A model generated the notes under the pieces. It was not told where the DNA came from. It was given only the letters and a program-made list of their open reading frames with translations, and searched no databases. Positions 11,839-24,100 of a stretch of DNA of 64,000 bases are shown piece after piece; the first letter of the stretch is position 1; each line of letters opens with the position of its first letter. A program made the translations under genes and the position numbers. Source of the DNA: Mobula hypostoma (lineage: Eukaryota); the NCBI RefSeq assembly GCF_963921235.1, contig NC_086097.1, positions 142,726,001 through 142,790,000 on the forward strand, written 5' to 3'.

Positions 11839-12987
11839 CAGGGGTCCCCAACCTTTTTCGCACTGCGGACCGGCCGACTGGGGGGGGTGGCGGTTGCCAG
11901 TGGACAAGAGTAGCAGTCAAATACGCTGGGTTTACCCCGAGGAAGACTACAATGACCATGAAGCCTTGCGCGGACACCAGTGCGCATGCATTACTTGCGC
12001 ATGCGTGTACGATTTTTTTCTACAAATCACTTTCGGCGATTCTGTTCAGGGGGAGGGGGGTGTTAATCACGATCAGAATATAGATAATTAGCTAATACAC
12101 TCAATTTCGTTTCTAAAAGGGTTTATCTAACGAATTTAATATTAAACACACAGCACATATTTTCCTCGCATGAATATAATGAGAAGTCAATTATCAGGGG
12201 AGGGCAGGGGAGCTTCAAGTAAATGTTGAATGAACTTCCAGTAGAAGTAGTGGTAGAGATATTATCATTTAAAGGAAAATTGGATAGGTATATGGACAGG
12301 AAAGGAATGGAGGGTTATGGGCTGAGTGCAGGTCGGTGGGAATAGGTGAGAGTAGCGTTCAGCATGGACTAGAAGGGCAGAGATGGCCTGTTTCCGTGCT
12401 ATAATTGTTATATAGTTATATAAGTCAATAGCATCATAACATTTTAAGTATCTTTTGGATATTAAACACGCAGCACATATTTTCCCCGTATGAACATCTA
12501 AAATCATTGCAACACATCAATATTGCTGTATCAGTGGGAGCCCTGGGCTTGTTTTCCTGCAACAACACGGACCCATCGAGGGGTGGCAAGAGACAGCGAT
12601 ACTCGAACGGGGTTCCTTATGTCCAGTCTATTCCGCAATTTAGTTTTCATTGCATTCATTGCAGAGATATGTTGGAAATGGAAGCAATGTTTTCAGTGCT
12701 TTTGTGGCTATCTCAGGATATTCAGCCTTGACTTTGATCCATAATGCCGGCAGAGATGTTATGTCAAACATGCTTTTCAGCCCGCCGTCGTTTGCAAGCT
12801 CCAGGAGTTGATCTTCTTCCCGTGCTGAAACGGATGACGCGCGGGTAATGACCTCACATGCGTAATGGCTCAACAGTGGCCGTGACAGGGAATGAGGATA
12901 GGTGCAGCTGACTCCTATCGCCAAATCGTATCGTTTCCTCGCGGCCCGGTAGCGCATCTTCTGCGGCTCGGTGTTTGGGGACCGCTG
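11839..12987 (-). mobile_element. hAT (Charlie-like) non-autonomous element
   Basis: TIRs CAGGGGTCCCCAAC / GTTTGGGGACCGCTG and 8-bp TSD GTGTAACA (11831-11838, 12988-12995). hAT C-terminal dimerisation remnant WIKVKAEYPEIATKALKTLLPFPTYLC. Internal CR1 3'-end piece at ~12240-12400. Confidence 0.92.
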
Positions 12988-13388
12988 GTGTAACACATAC
13001 AACAAGTTCCCCTGATTAGCTCCAAGTAACCTTTACTCTGCTCCATCCCAAAGCCAGTACAAACTTTCAGGGGAGACTGCTCAAACTGATATGTAAAGTT
13101 GTGCTCTTGTCAAATGCTTTGGAGCCTTAAGTTCATAATTCGAGCTGACAGTTCACAAGGCACCATTTCAGCAGAATACTGAAGGAGTGCTGCAATGTAG
13201 GGCAGCATTTAACAGAGGCTGGGACAGCCTTCGCCTGGTATCATGGCCAAGCTGTTCAAATGCAAAAACTGCTTATTTATATAGCCTGCAAATGTACTTA
13301 CATTAGAGGGACTGGAAGGCCACAATTTGTGTGGATCAGAAATAACATCTCCACTTCACTGATAATCAAAACCAGCTCAGCTCAAGGA

Positions 13389-13933
13389 ACAGGAATTCTG
13401 CAAATGCTGGAAATTCAAGCAACACACATCAAAGTTGCTGGTGAACGCAGCAGGCCAGGCAGCATCTCTAGGAAGAGGTACAGTCGACGTTTCAGGCCGA
13501 GACCCTTCGTCAGGACTAACTGAAGGAAGAGTTAGTAAGAGATTTGAAAGTGGGAGGGGGAGAGGGATATCCAAAATGATAGGAGAAGACAGGATGGGGA
13601 TGGATGGAGCCGAGAGCTGGACAGGTGATTGGCAAAGGGGATATGAGAGGATCATGGGACAGGAGGTCTGGGGAGAGAGACGGGGGGGGGGGAACCCAGA
13701 GGATGGGCAAGGGGTATAGTCAGAGGGACAGAGGGAGAAAAAGGAGAGTGAGAGAAAGAATGTGTGTATATAAATAAATAACGGATGGGATACGAGGGGG
13801 AGGTGGGGCATTAGTGGAAGTTAGAGAAGTCAATGTTCATGCCATCAGGTTGGAGGCTACCCAGACTGAATATAAAGTGTTGTTCCTCCAACCTGAGTGT
13901 GGCTTCATCTTTACAGTAGGGGAGGCCGTGGAT
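13389..13933 (-). mobile_element. Penelope-like element 3' fragment (GIY-YIG C-terminus + terminal repeat + tail)
   Basis: Minus translation IHGLPYCKDEATLRLEEQHFIFSLGSLQPDGMNIDFSNFH*. TSD TCAGCTCAAGGA (13377-13388, 13942-13953). Confidence 0.9.
13481..13518 (-). ncRNA. Minimal type-I hammerhead ribozyme
   Basis: Minus strand: AGTC-CTGACGA-AGGgtctcggCCT-GAAAC-GTC-GACT. Helix I AGUC/GACU, intact core, helix II AGG/CCU, palindromic ACGU in place of helix III, GUC cleavage triplet. Confidence 0.85.
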
Positions 13934-16900
13934 GCTCAAGGTCAGCTCAAGGATGTGTGCTTAGCCACTGCTCTACTCTCTCTACACCCATGACTGTGTG
14001 GCTAAGCACAGCTCAAATGTCATCATCAATTTGCTGATGACACAACTATTGTTGGCAGAATTTCAGATGGTGATGAGAGGGTGTACAGCAGTGAGATATA
14101 TCAGCTAGTGGAGTGGTGTTGCAGCAATAACCTTGCACTCAACATCAGTAAGACCAAAGTATTGATTGTGGACTTCAGAAAGAGTAAGACAACAGAGGGA
14201 TCAGAAGTGGAAAGAGTGAGCAATTTCAAGTTCCTAGTGTCAGTATCTCTGAGGATCTATCCTAGGCCCAACATATGTTTGCAGCTACAGCAGCTATATA
14301 TTTCATTAGGAGTTTTGAGGAGACTTGGTATGTTACTAAAGACACTGGCAAATTTCTACAAATGTACCATGAAGAACATTCTAACTGGCTGCATTACCAT
14401 CTGGTACGGGGGCACTGCACAGGATCAAAAGAAGCTGCAGAGTTGTAAACTTAGTCAGCTCCATTATGGGCACTAGTCTCCATAGTATCCAGGGCATCTT
14501 CCAGGAGTGATGCCTCAAAGAGGCGGCATCCATCACCAATGACATGCCTTATTCTCATTGCTACCATCAGGGAGGAGGTACAGAAGCCTCAAGGCACACT
14601 CAACCATTCAGGAATGGCTTCTTCCGCTCTGCCACCTGATTTTTGAATGGGCACTGAACCCATGACTTAATTTCTAATAGGTACTACTAATGACAAATGG
14701 AATCCTGGATTTGAATGAATTCCTCTGCCCTTCCCTCTACAAGGATCTCTAACAGTTTATCTGTCTCATCTTTTCTAGAACAACCTGATACTTCTGGACA
14801 TTATTTCAAGGTTCAAGCAGTAGGATTAAGTGCCCCTATTCAATAGAATCAGAGCTGATCTTTTGCCTTATCGTGTTCTTGTACAGGTAACCACTGCATT
14901 ATAGCAATGTGGGTAACAAAAATCCACCATTATAAAATTGACAAATTATAACCCATAATTTTGAGACATGGAATTAAATAAAATTTCTCATGTAAATTTG
15001 TTAACAAAGTAAAAAATTTTTAAAACTAGTTTCTTGATGCATGTGCAGATGACATGACATCTAAGAACACAAAATCCCCATAACATGGGCTCATCATGTA
15101 AACCTAATATCTTAGCTCCATACTCTCCAAGACAGAGAATTCTTAAGATTCACCACAATCTGGGTGAAGAGATTTCCTATCATTTTACCTCAACTGGTAG
15201 ACCTGTTATTTTGAGGCTACGACCTTCATTTCTAAATACCCTTTACAGGGTAAACATCATCCCTACATCTATTCTGTATAGCTCCAGAACAAAGTTGTAT
15301 TTTTTCTTCTGAAAGAATTATTGTCCCAGCCTGTTCAATATCTCCTGTTAGACCAATACCTCTCCATCCTAGGAAATAATCTGCTGAAGCTTTGTTGTAC
15401 TCTCTTCATTCGCCTTAGGTAGTAACATGATGCCTGAACACCATATTTCAGGTGCAGTCTTACACTGGCCAAATAACATACAGTATAATCCTCAATTTTC
15501 CCAGAATTAAAAATGTTTAATCCTCTAATAGAGTTGATGACTCAGTATCTGCAGAAAGCTGGAAGCAGAGTTCAAAAGATTCACCATATTCAGTATTAAA
15601 TGGTCAACACTGTTTTCAATACTCTTTAGTTCTAAGCCATGTTGTCTTTGAAATAAGCTTATGGCATCATCCTTAAAACTTCTTCAGAATTTTAAATATG
15701 CTTCAATGAGATCACCTGTCATTCTTCAAAACTATAGAAAATATTAGTCCATTTGGACTTTCAAAACAACTCCTCAGCCCAGGAATAAATCCAACAAATC
15801 TCTGCTTTACCCTCTCCAAGGTAAATGTTTTCTTAAATTAGGAAGCCAAAACTTTACCAAACTTCTGGACAACTGCTTATTTTCCCTCATTACACTTCAG
15901 CTGCCAATCATGTTATTAATTTGACTTGCATTGACCCCCTCTTGTAGTCTTTGTTTCCTCCTATCTTTGTATCAGCAAACTGGGATGTCCAAGTCTTACC
16001 CACCCACCACACACACACACACACCTCTAAACCCAAGACAAGCCAGCTCCAGGCCTCCAGTCCTTAGCCCTAGACTCACAAACACCAGGCCTTTGACCTC
16101 CAAACAAGCTGACACAGAGGCTTTGACCTTCAAGTTTCTACCTCCAGACTTTGCCAATCTCTGTGCATCAAATCCGTAAATATCCAATCACAGGTTTAAC
16201 ATTTGGGTTTTGACCCAGGACTTGCTTATCATGGGTTTGACCTTCAGGCCTTGATGCCAGGATTCATCGATCCAGGACTTGACCTCCGGAGACACACAGA
16301 TTTCTTACTCTGGTGACCTGGTGGGGGAGTTGGGGGCGGGGGTGTGGTGGGATCCACTGGCCTTTGCATCTCCCAGTTGGATAGATCTTCAATCCAGGGC
16401 CTAGGGATAGCCAATGTGAAAATCATTGGTCTCCTCAGTTCCTGCAGACTCAACCTCTGAGATCGCTGACCTTCGACAGAGGATGATGAACACCGGCTCC
16501 TGCCCTGACCTCTAATTCTCCCTCATCCCAGTCCCTGAACCCTAACCTGGCCTCTAACGCACTGCAGTGTCCCAAAAACCATTGCCATGAACCTAAAAAA
16601 ACAGCAACTAAGTTTGAGCCATGACATCACTGGACATCACAGCTTGGCATAATCTTGACCTAAACTTATCTTTTGTAGTAACCTTTTACATATGACATAA
16701 TCAAAGTTTTTTTGCAAATCCTTTTATTCTATGGGATACTTCAAGAATATAAACTTATTATAATATCTTTTCATTAAAGCACAGATAAACAAGTAACACC
16801 CGTTATCATTCAACAGCAAGCACTAGCATTTTCCACAACACTGAATCTAGGCTAACTGCACTGTTGTTGCTGCTTTTCCTATCCCCAGAGTATGTTTCAT

Positions 16901-18043
16901 TTGCTGTTTTCTGACTTGCCGTAACAGTTCCAGAATCTAGAGAATTAAAGGTAAAAAAAAACCCCTCCTATATTTGACATTATTAAACACTGTGACCAGT
17001 ACTGTTCAGAGTACTCTCAACTGTGGCTTGTTACAAGCCCAACATACATTTGCTGCTCCTTGATTCTCTCAACACTTGGCTTATTTCTCCCCTACTACCC
17101 CCAGAAATGTCTTTAGTGACTTGTACTCTTCTTCACTGCACCCTTTCGTGTAACTTGGACACTGATTTCCCAAGTAGTTCATAGCTTGATTATTCATACT
17201 ACCAAAATTGAATTCCTCACATTTGTTTGCTATTTACACTCCTCCTACAAATTAATGTCTTACCTCTATTTATATCGACACCTTCAGTTCTCCATTTGCA
17301 TGGACTCTTATCCAGTTATACACACACCCAGATTTTATACAATACTTATAACTTCAAATCAGTGGCTATAACACTGATCCTTTCCCGAGTCAGATTTATT
17401 ACATATATGCTTGCAAGTAAAAGATAAAATTATTATTATTAGCATAATCATTACACATCAAGGACAACCAGTGTACCTTTAAGATACACAGAATCATATA
17501 CTCTAGGATCGATAATTTGGCCTCATATTTTTCATGTACAGGTCCTAAAGTCTAAAATTATTAATATGACGTGCCACCCTTTTCAATAGGCTGTTTTATA
17601 AATTATGTTAAAAATTGTGCTTCAGAAATTTACCAAGGTTACAGATACAGTATGCCCCTCTCCCATAACCTCTACCATTGAGGACTAGGCATTACATTGA
17701 CCACTTTGTAAGAAAACAGTTTAAAATACATTGAAATGCTTTCACTAAACCAAGAAAATACACTGCAGTCACACGGAGACCCAGACCATTAAAAGTAATA
17801 GGTTCTCTTTTCAAAGGGCATTGATCAGTGAGTTGGGATTCAATACCTATTACAAAAACCAAGGGTCTTTGAGGAGAAGGAGAACTGAAAGTATAGGGAC
17901 TCTGTGCAGGAAACCCACGGTAGTGCACAGAGTGAAGAGCGGTGCTTTGCAACAATTTGTCAACATAGCAAAGTAAAATGGTTGACCTAAAAGTCACGTA
18001 GTCCCTTTGAGCATTTCATTCAAAATAAACAGGACAGAACATC

Positions 18044-18049
18044 TTTATT
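18044..18049 (-). promoter_or_regulatory. Candidate poly(A) signal
   Basis: AATAAA on the minus strand followed by GU/U-rich gatgttctgtcctgtttattttg, in a TE-poor block. Confidence 0.4.
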
Positions 18050-18310
18050 CAGAGGAGGAGGAGGAGGAGAAGAATGCTATAGTACTTTGAATATTTGAGG
18101 TGAATAACATGGATGCATTAAAAAGGATGCCGGCTGCAAGGTTCATTCTTACACCGCAAAAAAATGCAAGCTGAGCCAATCGCATTGAGTGACTAACTTT
18201 ATAAAACTCGCTGCATAAATATTAATTGGAAAATGAAATTACAATAGCTGGTGTTGATCAGGACTGAGATATGTTTAGAGTAATTAGTATGTTGCGAGAA
18301 CAGGAAATAA

Positions 18311-18418
18311 TTCACTTTGACAAGTAATGGCTTCCCATGGCAATGAACATGCAAATCAGGAATAAAGGCTGATCCTCATGTTCATTGCCATGGGAAGTTA
18401 TTACCCTGTTAAAGTGAA
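18311..18418. repeat. Long inverted repeat / hairpin
   Basis: CTTCCCATGGCAATGAACATG (18331-18351) is perfectly inverted at 18377-18397. The stem extends imperfectly to about 41 bp, with an inner stem ATCAG/CTGAT. Confidence 0.9.
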
Positions 18419-19032
18419 CATTTTCAGGTTAAAGTGGAAATAAGGGAGGCAAACAATTGCCGATACATTTCAGTTTCCAAACTATCCTCACTTACATATT
18501 ACTATTTTAAATTAATACAGTTATGATGGAAATTTGCAATGCAACAATACTATGCTTTATTTATACCATCCTATAAGTTTGAAGTCCTGCAGTGTCTCCC
18601 AGCAAGGAGGATGTAATTAATTAGATAACTTAGAAATTGGGAATTATACTGAATTGACAGGTTAATTAATTGGATTAATATCAGAAAATAATATACACCT
18701 ATTAACAAAATAAAATTCATGAGAATGCTGTTATATCGTCTTCATTTCAACCTAAATTAGTACCTCCTCAGACTTCAGTACTTAGAAGGATATTGCCATT
18801 TCTAGCCTGGTTCATGTCTGCATTCTCCAATGTCAACATGAGAGCTAGGTTTTAAAGTAAATTTATAGTCAATTAATACTCGTACAACTTTATAGAAATA
18901 ATTGCTGAAAAATATTTTCATATCATCTTCATATTGTATAGATTCCATAAACATGGAACATCCAATTTTGGATGCAGAACTGTGGAACATTTAATTAAAA
19001 GCATGAGTAATCACAGGAGTTGACTGTCTCAC

Positions 19033-19152
19033 CCCATCGTAAGCATGTCTCCAGTGGACTGAACTTGGGGAGGCATCGATAGTCCAGGTGACATATGCAG
19101 TTCGGTCCATCCTTCCCTTGTCGGTGATGGAGGGCGAGGAGAGGCAGGAGCC
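19033..19152 (-). other. Candidate internal exon (120 nt) of the minus-strand host gene
   Basis: Acceptor tctttcatgtcttctcacaag| and donor GG|gtgaga. GC- and CpG-richer than its flanks, with no stop in any frame. Phase 2 reads APASPRPPSPTREGWTELHMSPGLSMPPQVQSTGDMLTM. Confidence 0.7.
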
Positions 19153-19488
19153 CTTGTGAGAAGACATGAAAGACAAGTCAACAAATTGAACGTCTCATAG
19201 TCAAAGCATTGTGCAAATCATCACTTTGATGATACAGACTGAATGCTTAATGTGATACTTGTCTGCATGGTCACACATAGGTCACATAGTAAAGAAAACA
19301 TTTGCCAAGAATTGCTTAATATTGACTAGGAACTCAAAGATTAATCTTCTGGGCATTGAAAGGAAATTGGATACATGGCATTAGAAAAGTAGAACTGTAT
19401 GACTTAATTCTGCCAGATTATTACTGAGTAATCCTTTGCCTTCAGCAATACAACTGTACTTCCACTGTCGTTAAGTCAAGTATCTTAC

Positions 19489-19522
19489 ACAATCAGGCAT
19501 CCAGGCAACCTCCATTTGCCAT
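19489..19522 (-). other. Candidate 34-nt exon
   Basis: Acceptor tttctcatcttacag| and donor GT|gtaaga. Confidence 0.4.
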
Positions 19523-21112
19523 CTGTAAGATGAGAAATTGACAAGCCACCAAAACTCTTTTATATAGAGGCACTTCAATTAAACCAGTTTGACTACTGTG
19601 ATCCAAACACACAACTGGTTCTACTTTAGTTAAGAAAGTACTCGCATCTTTTTTAATGCAGAAATAAGAGGGCACACAAACCAGTTTTCACCTGGAAATC
19701 AGAAAAATGGTGGTACAGGCACTGGCACTTAAATGAGTAAAAGGCAAAGATACATAAAATGTTCTTCAAGCTTCATACTTTGTAATGACCTCCCAAGCAG
19801 TGGTAGAGGCAAAACTTCCAGAATCACTCAATAATGAACTGGATACAAAATTGGAGGAATCAGCTGAGGGGATGAATTAAGGTGATCTGTATGACTTTCC
19901 TCATTTGCAGTTTTCTCTCAAGAGTGACTTTGGTAAAACATTTATATCTGGGCTTCTCAATTTACCCAAAGCTTCTGAGAATTTTCTACAAACAAATTAC
20001 ATGCTCTTAAACATATTTACCGTGCAACTTTAATAGCTTTCAGTGCTCTTTCATATCCTTATGAACATCTTCCAGTTTATTTTCATCAAAAATGAATTTG
20101 TTTTGTGTAATACATACTGACACCCTCTAATTACTCTCTTCAGAAAACAGATCTTGGATGAATGTGACTTTCCAACCTATTCAAACTGCAAGAACACGTT
20201 CAACACATGCACATTTTTTCCATAAAAGCTACATTTCTGCCAACTCTTGTGCAGAGGAAGGAACACCACATACTTGCAGTCATTCTCTTTCAGATGAACA
20301 ATAAACAAAGATCTCAGCACATCCCAAAAATACTTTACAGCAAGTGAATTACTTTTTACTTACATTAAATTAATATATTAACCAGTTTATTTATGTGCTG
20401 ACTGAAGAATAACCATTCAGTGCTGTTAAGGGTCAGCCTAGATTGTGCACAAACATCTCAAGTGGGATCTGAACTACTGATCTTTTGGTTAAGAGCATTT
20501 CCAAAGGTGATGCATAAACAAATAGAATTCTACTCTTTCTCAAAAAGGTGCAATGGTGTCTTAACTATTATCTTGGAAGACAGAAATGTTTAACAATTTA
20601 TCTGAAAATTAGCATCTCAATACTGCAGCATTGTCTTTTTACTGGACAAAAGCATTATTCTGGATTCTGGACTTCAGTACTTGTATGATGGGTATGAGGG
20701 TTTGAAGTCACATTGCTTTCAAAATTGAGAGCTTTACTGAGTCATGATCAACTCCAAATGACGGTTTTCTCAAGTGTCATTAAAGATTTATTGACCCTTG
20801 CCACAGTTATGCAATGTTCCTTGTTAAATAAGCTACTACAGAAAAATCAACTATATTCTTCTAAAAATCAACTCACTGCTTTGAGTTGGTGGACTGTATT
20901 CATCTTCAAGTCTGAATGAATACGCCACAGTTGTTAATTTAGTAAAACCTGTGAGGATGAGTGTGTGCCTATGACAATGTACCTATATCTTATGGTCTTA
21001 TACTGTACATACCCGAATCAAAAGTAGTGGCTGAACTAGGAGATCGTTGTCTGCTGAGAGCTTAATCTGTGGCATTCAAGTTTGGTGATCCACAACTATA
21101 CAAGAAGGTCAG

Positions 21113-24100
21113 TGTGTTGCCCTTAAGGCATTGTTGGGTCTTCGCTTTAAATTATTCGTTTGTAACTATTTTCTAGTTAAAGTTAAAGGTTGATAATTCA
21201 GTTACAGTATAACAAAAGTAAATTCATTGTTTATGGTATATCGCGGCATGTGATGAGGTCACCTCCGGTTTCGCCGCGTCTTATGTGTCACCTCCGGTTT
21301 GGAGAAGGTGTAAAGGTGGGTGCCATGCGTGCAGCATGATCGTGAAGAGCTCCGTGTCTACTCACAAAGGAACATTATAGAAGCAACGTCGTAAGTTCCT
21401 ATGAAAGTATTTGAAGTAAAAATATTAACGCGGTTTCTGTTAAGGAAGTGGCGGTTCGGGTGGCGCACGTGTGTCGGCTTTTCAATTTCACATGCAGGGT
21501 GGGTTCGAGCCTGGTGGCAGTTTGACAGGACTCCCCCCCCCCCCGCTACTCGGGGCGGCTGGAGACACTCGCTAAAAGAGAGCGCGCGTGGTCTCCAGAA
21601 TGAAACAGACGCTGTATGTTTGAATTTTCTTGTCAACAGTTTTCACCATACGATGTTAATGTGGAAAAGTGCATAGTAAATGGTTAACCTTACTACCACT
21701 CTGTCTTCACTGGCTCCGGTTTAACTTGGTGTTTAGTCAGAGTTTCAACATAGTGCACAAGAACACTACAGTGAAAATACGGTATCATTCGGTGTTTTGA
21801 CAAGTGGTACCATGGCTTCGCGATCAAGCACCAAGTCGCTTGCACTCAGCGCCAAGAGCAGTAGGACGTCGACAAGTGTGGCTGCCCTTGTAAGAGCTAA
21901 AGCAGAAGCCGCCAAGGTGCGAGCCTCATACGTAACCAAGAAGCAAGACTGAAAATGGAAAAAGCTGCCAGAGAAGTGGAAAAGCAGTTGGAAAAGGCAA
22001 GGATAGATACAGAGTTAGAGGTGCTGATGCTATGAGGAGCTGATGTGGCCGCGGTGGAAGCACAACTGTTGGAAAATGCTGAAAAAATGTACGTTCTCAA
22101 CAAAACAGGAAAATCTATGTCAGAAAGGACCAAATTGGAACGCATCAGTAAATATGTCCAATATCAAATTGACCTGCAGATTCATTCTCCCTCTCCATAT
22201 TTGCCTATTGGCGTCCCATCTTGTGAAATCACAGGGAAGCTTCGTTGCATCGCGTCCACCTGGGGAAGACAACTCACAATTGCAACCTTGCCACAAAGTC
22301 AAGTATGAAAGGGCTGACTACGAATACTTCCTGACACCAAACTTACCAGACCCGGCGAGATCAGAGACAAAGGCCGAAGTCAGAACATCAAATCTCATCA
22401 TGAACGTACACGCTCAGTCATATGTCCCCCAACATATTCCCCCAGCTAGCACGCCACCTGCAGCAGAACCCTTGACACAGTATTTAGCGCGACGAGACCT
22501 CGTCAACTCAAGACTGTACCAGTTTGACAATAAGCCTGAAAGTTACCATACATTGTACTCCTCATTCACCAGCGCCACCAGCGGAGTCTAGCTCACAGCA
22601 ATCCAAGCGTTGGACCTTATGACTAAATGGCTGGGAAAGGAATCAAGTGAACAGGTGAAACGCATACGCTCAGTGTACGTCAGCAACCCCAAGCTAGCCT
22701 TACACAACGCATGGGAGAGACTGTGGGAGTGCTATGTGGCCCCTGAAATTATTGAGATGGTGCTATTTCAACGGCTGGACAATTTTCCTAGGGTGTCAGC
22801 CAAGGACCACACTAAATTACGAGAACTCGGAGATTTACTCATGGAGATTCAAGGTGCTAAAGAAGATGGCTATTTAACTGGCCTGTCGTATCTGGATACC
22901 TCACATGGAGTTGGACCAACTGTGGACAAACTTCCATTTGAGCTGCAGGGAAGATGGGTGTCTATTGGCTCAGAGTACAAGGAAGAGAACGGTGGTCGGT
23001 TCCCTCCCTTTGAGTATTTTAGTAGGTTTGTGTGCAAGGAGGCGAAACGACCCTAGCTTCATGAATCAAGGCAGCACCACAACTCACACCAACCCAGTCA
23101 AACCCATTTTGAACAATTTTGTCATCAATAAACCCATCTCAGTGCATAAAACCGAAGTCTCCACAATCAACGATGCCCTAACAAGAATTGTCCATTGCAC
23201 AACAAACCCCACCCCCTCAAAAAATGCAGAATGTTTTGAAACAAACCCTTTGACGAAAGAAAGGCCCTTCTCAAGGAAAAAAGAATATGTTTTAAGTGCT
23301 GTTCCTCTACCTCCCACCTTGCTAAAGAGTGTACGTTCCTCATAAAGTGCTCGGAATGTAACATCACTAATCACGATGGAGCCATGCATCCTGGCCCGTC
23401 ACCGCAAACTGCCAAAGCTCCTCCACTCCCACAAGAGGATGGCGGGGAGGGAGAGCATCACTCTGATACAACTATTGTCAGCTCAAGCTGCACAGAAGTT
23501 TGCAGTCCAGGTCAGTCGAGCCATTTGTGCTCAAAGATCTGCTTCACTAAGATGTACCCTAAGGGAGTTAAAGACAAGGCCATCAAAGCCTATGTAATTC
23601 TGGACGACCAGAACAACCGCTCGCTACTGAGACCAGAGTTCTTCGAGTTGTTCAGCGTAAAGGGTAATCCATTCCCATACTACCTCAGAACTTGCTCTGG
23701 CATCGCAGAAACATATGGCAAGAAGGCAGAAAGCTTCCAGCTCGAGTCGCTGGATGGCAAAGTCGTCATCAGTCTCCCTCCACTCTTAGAGTGCAATGAG
23801 ATCTTAAATAACCGATCCGAGATTCCGACGCCAAGCACAGTGCTACACCAACCCCATCTCCACCACATTGCCAAGCACATCCCAGAACTGGATCTGGAAG
23901 CAGAAATACTCCTGCTACTCGGAAGAGATGTTCTTAGGGTGCACAAAGTCAGGCAGCAGGTCAATGGACCACACAACGCCCCCTTTGCCCAACGTCTGGA
24001 TCTGGGCTGGGTGGTGATAGGAGAGGTGTGCCCTGGCAACGTACACAAACCGACAGTTAAGACGCTCAAGACTAACGTGCTAGAGAGAGGCCACCATTCA

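Larger units (their letters stand above)
13290..14670 (+). mobile_element. Rex1-type LINE fragment split by a Penelope insertion
   Basis: NNISTSLIIKTSSAQG before 13389 continues as QGCVLS..YTHDC..FADDTT after 13941; ORF 14081-14476. Confidence 0.88.

Noticed and set aside
16040..16290. Short recurring (g)gctttgacct motifs as a CRISPR-like array
   Set aside because: Irregular spacing and degenerate ~10-mers inside a repeat remnant, in a eukaryotic context.
19033..19152. BNIP3-like assignment from WTELH..GDM
   Set aside because: The conserved EKILLDAQHES continuation is absent; the similarity is likely chance.
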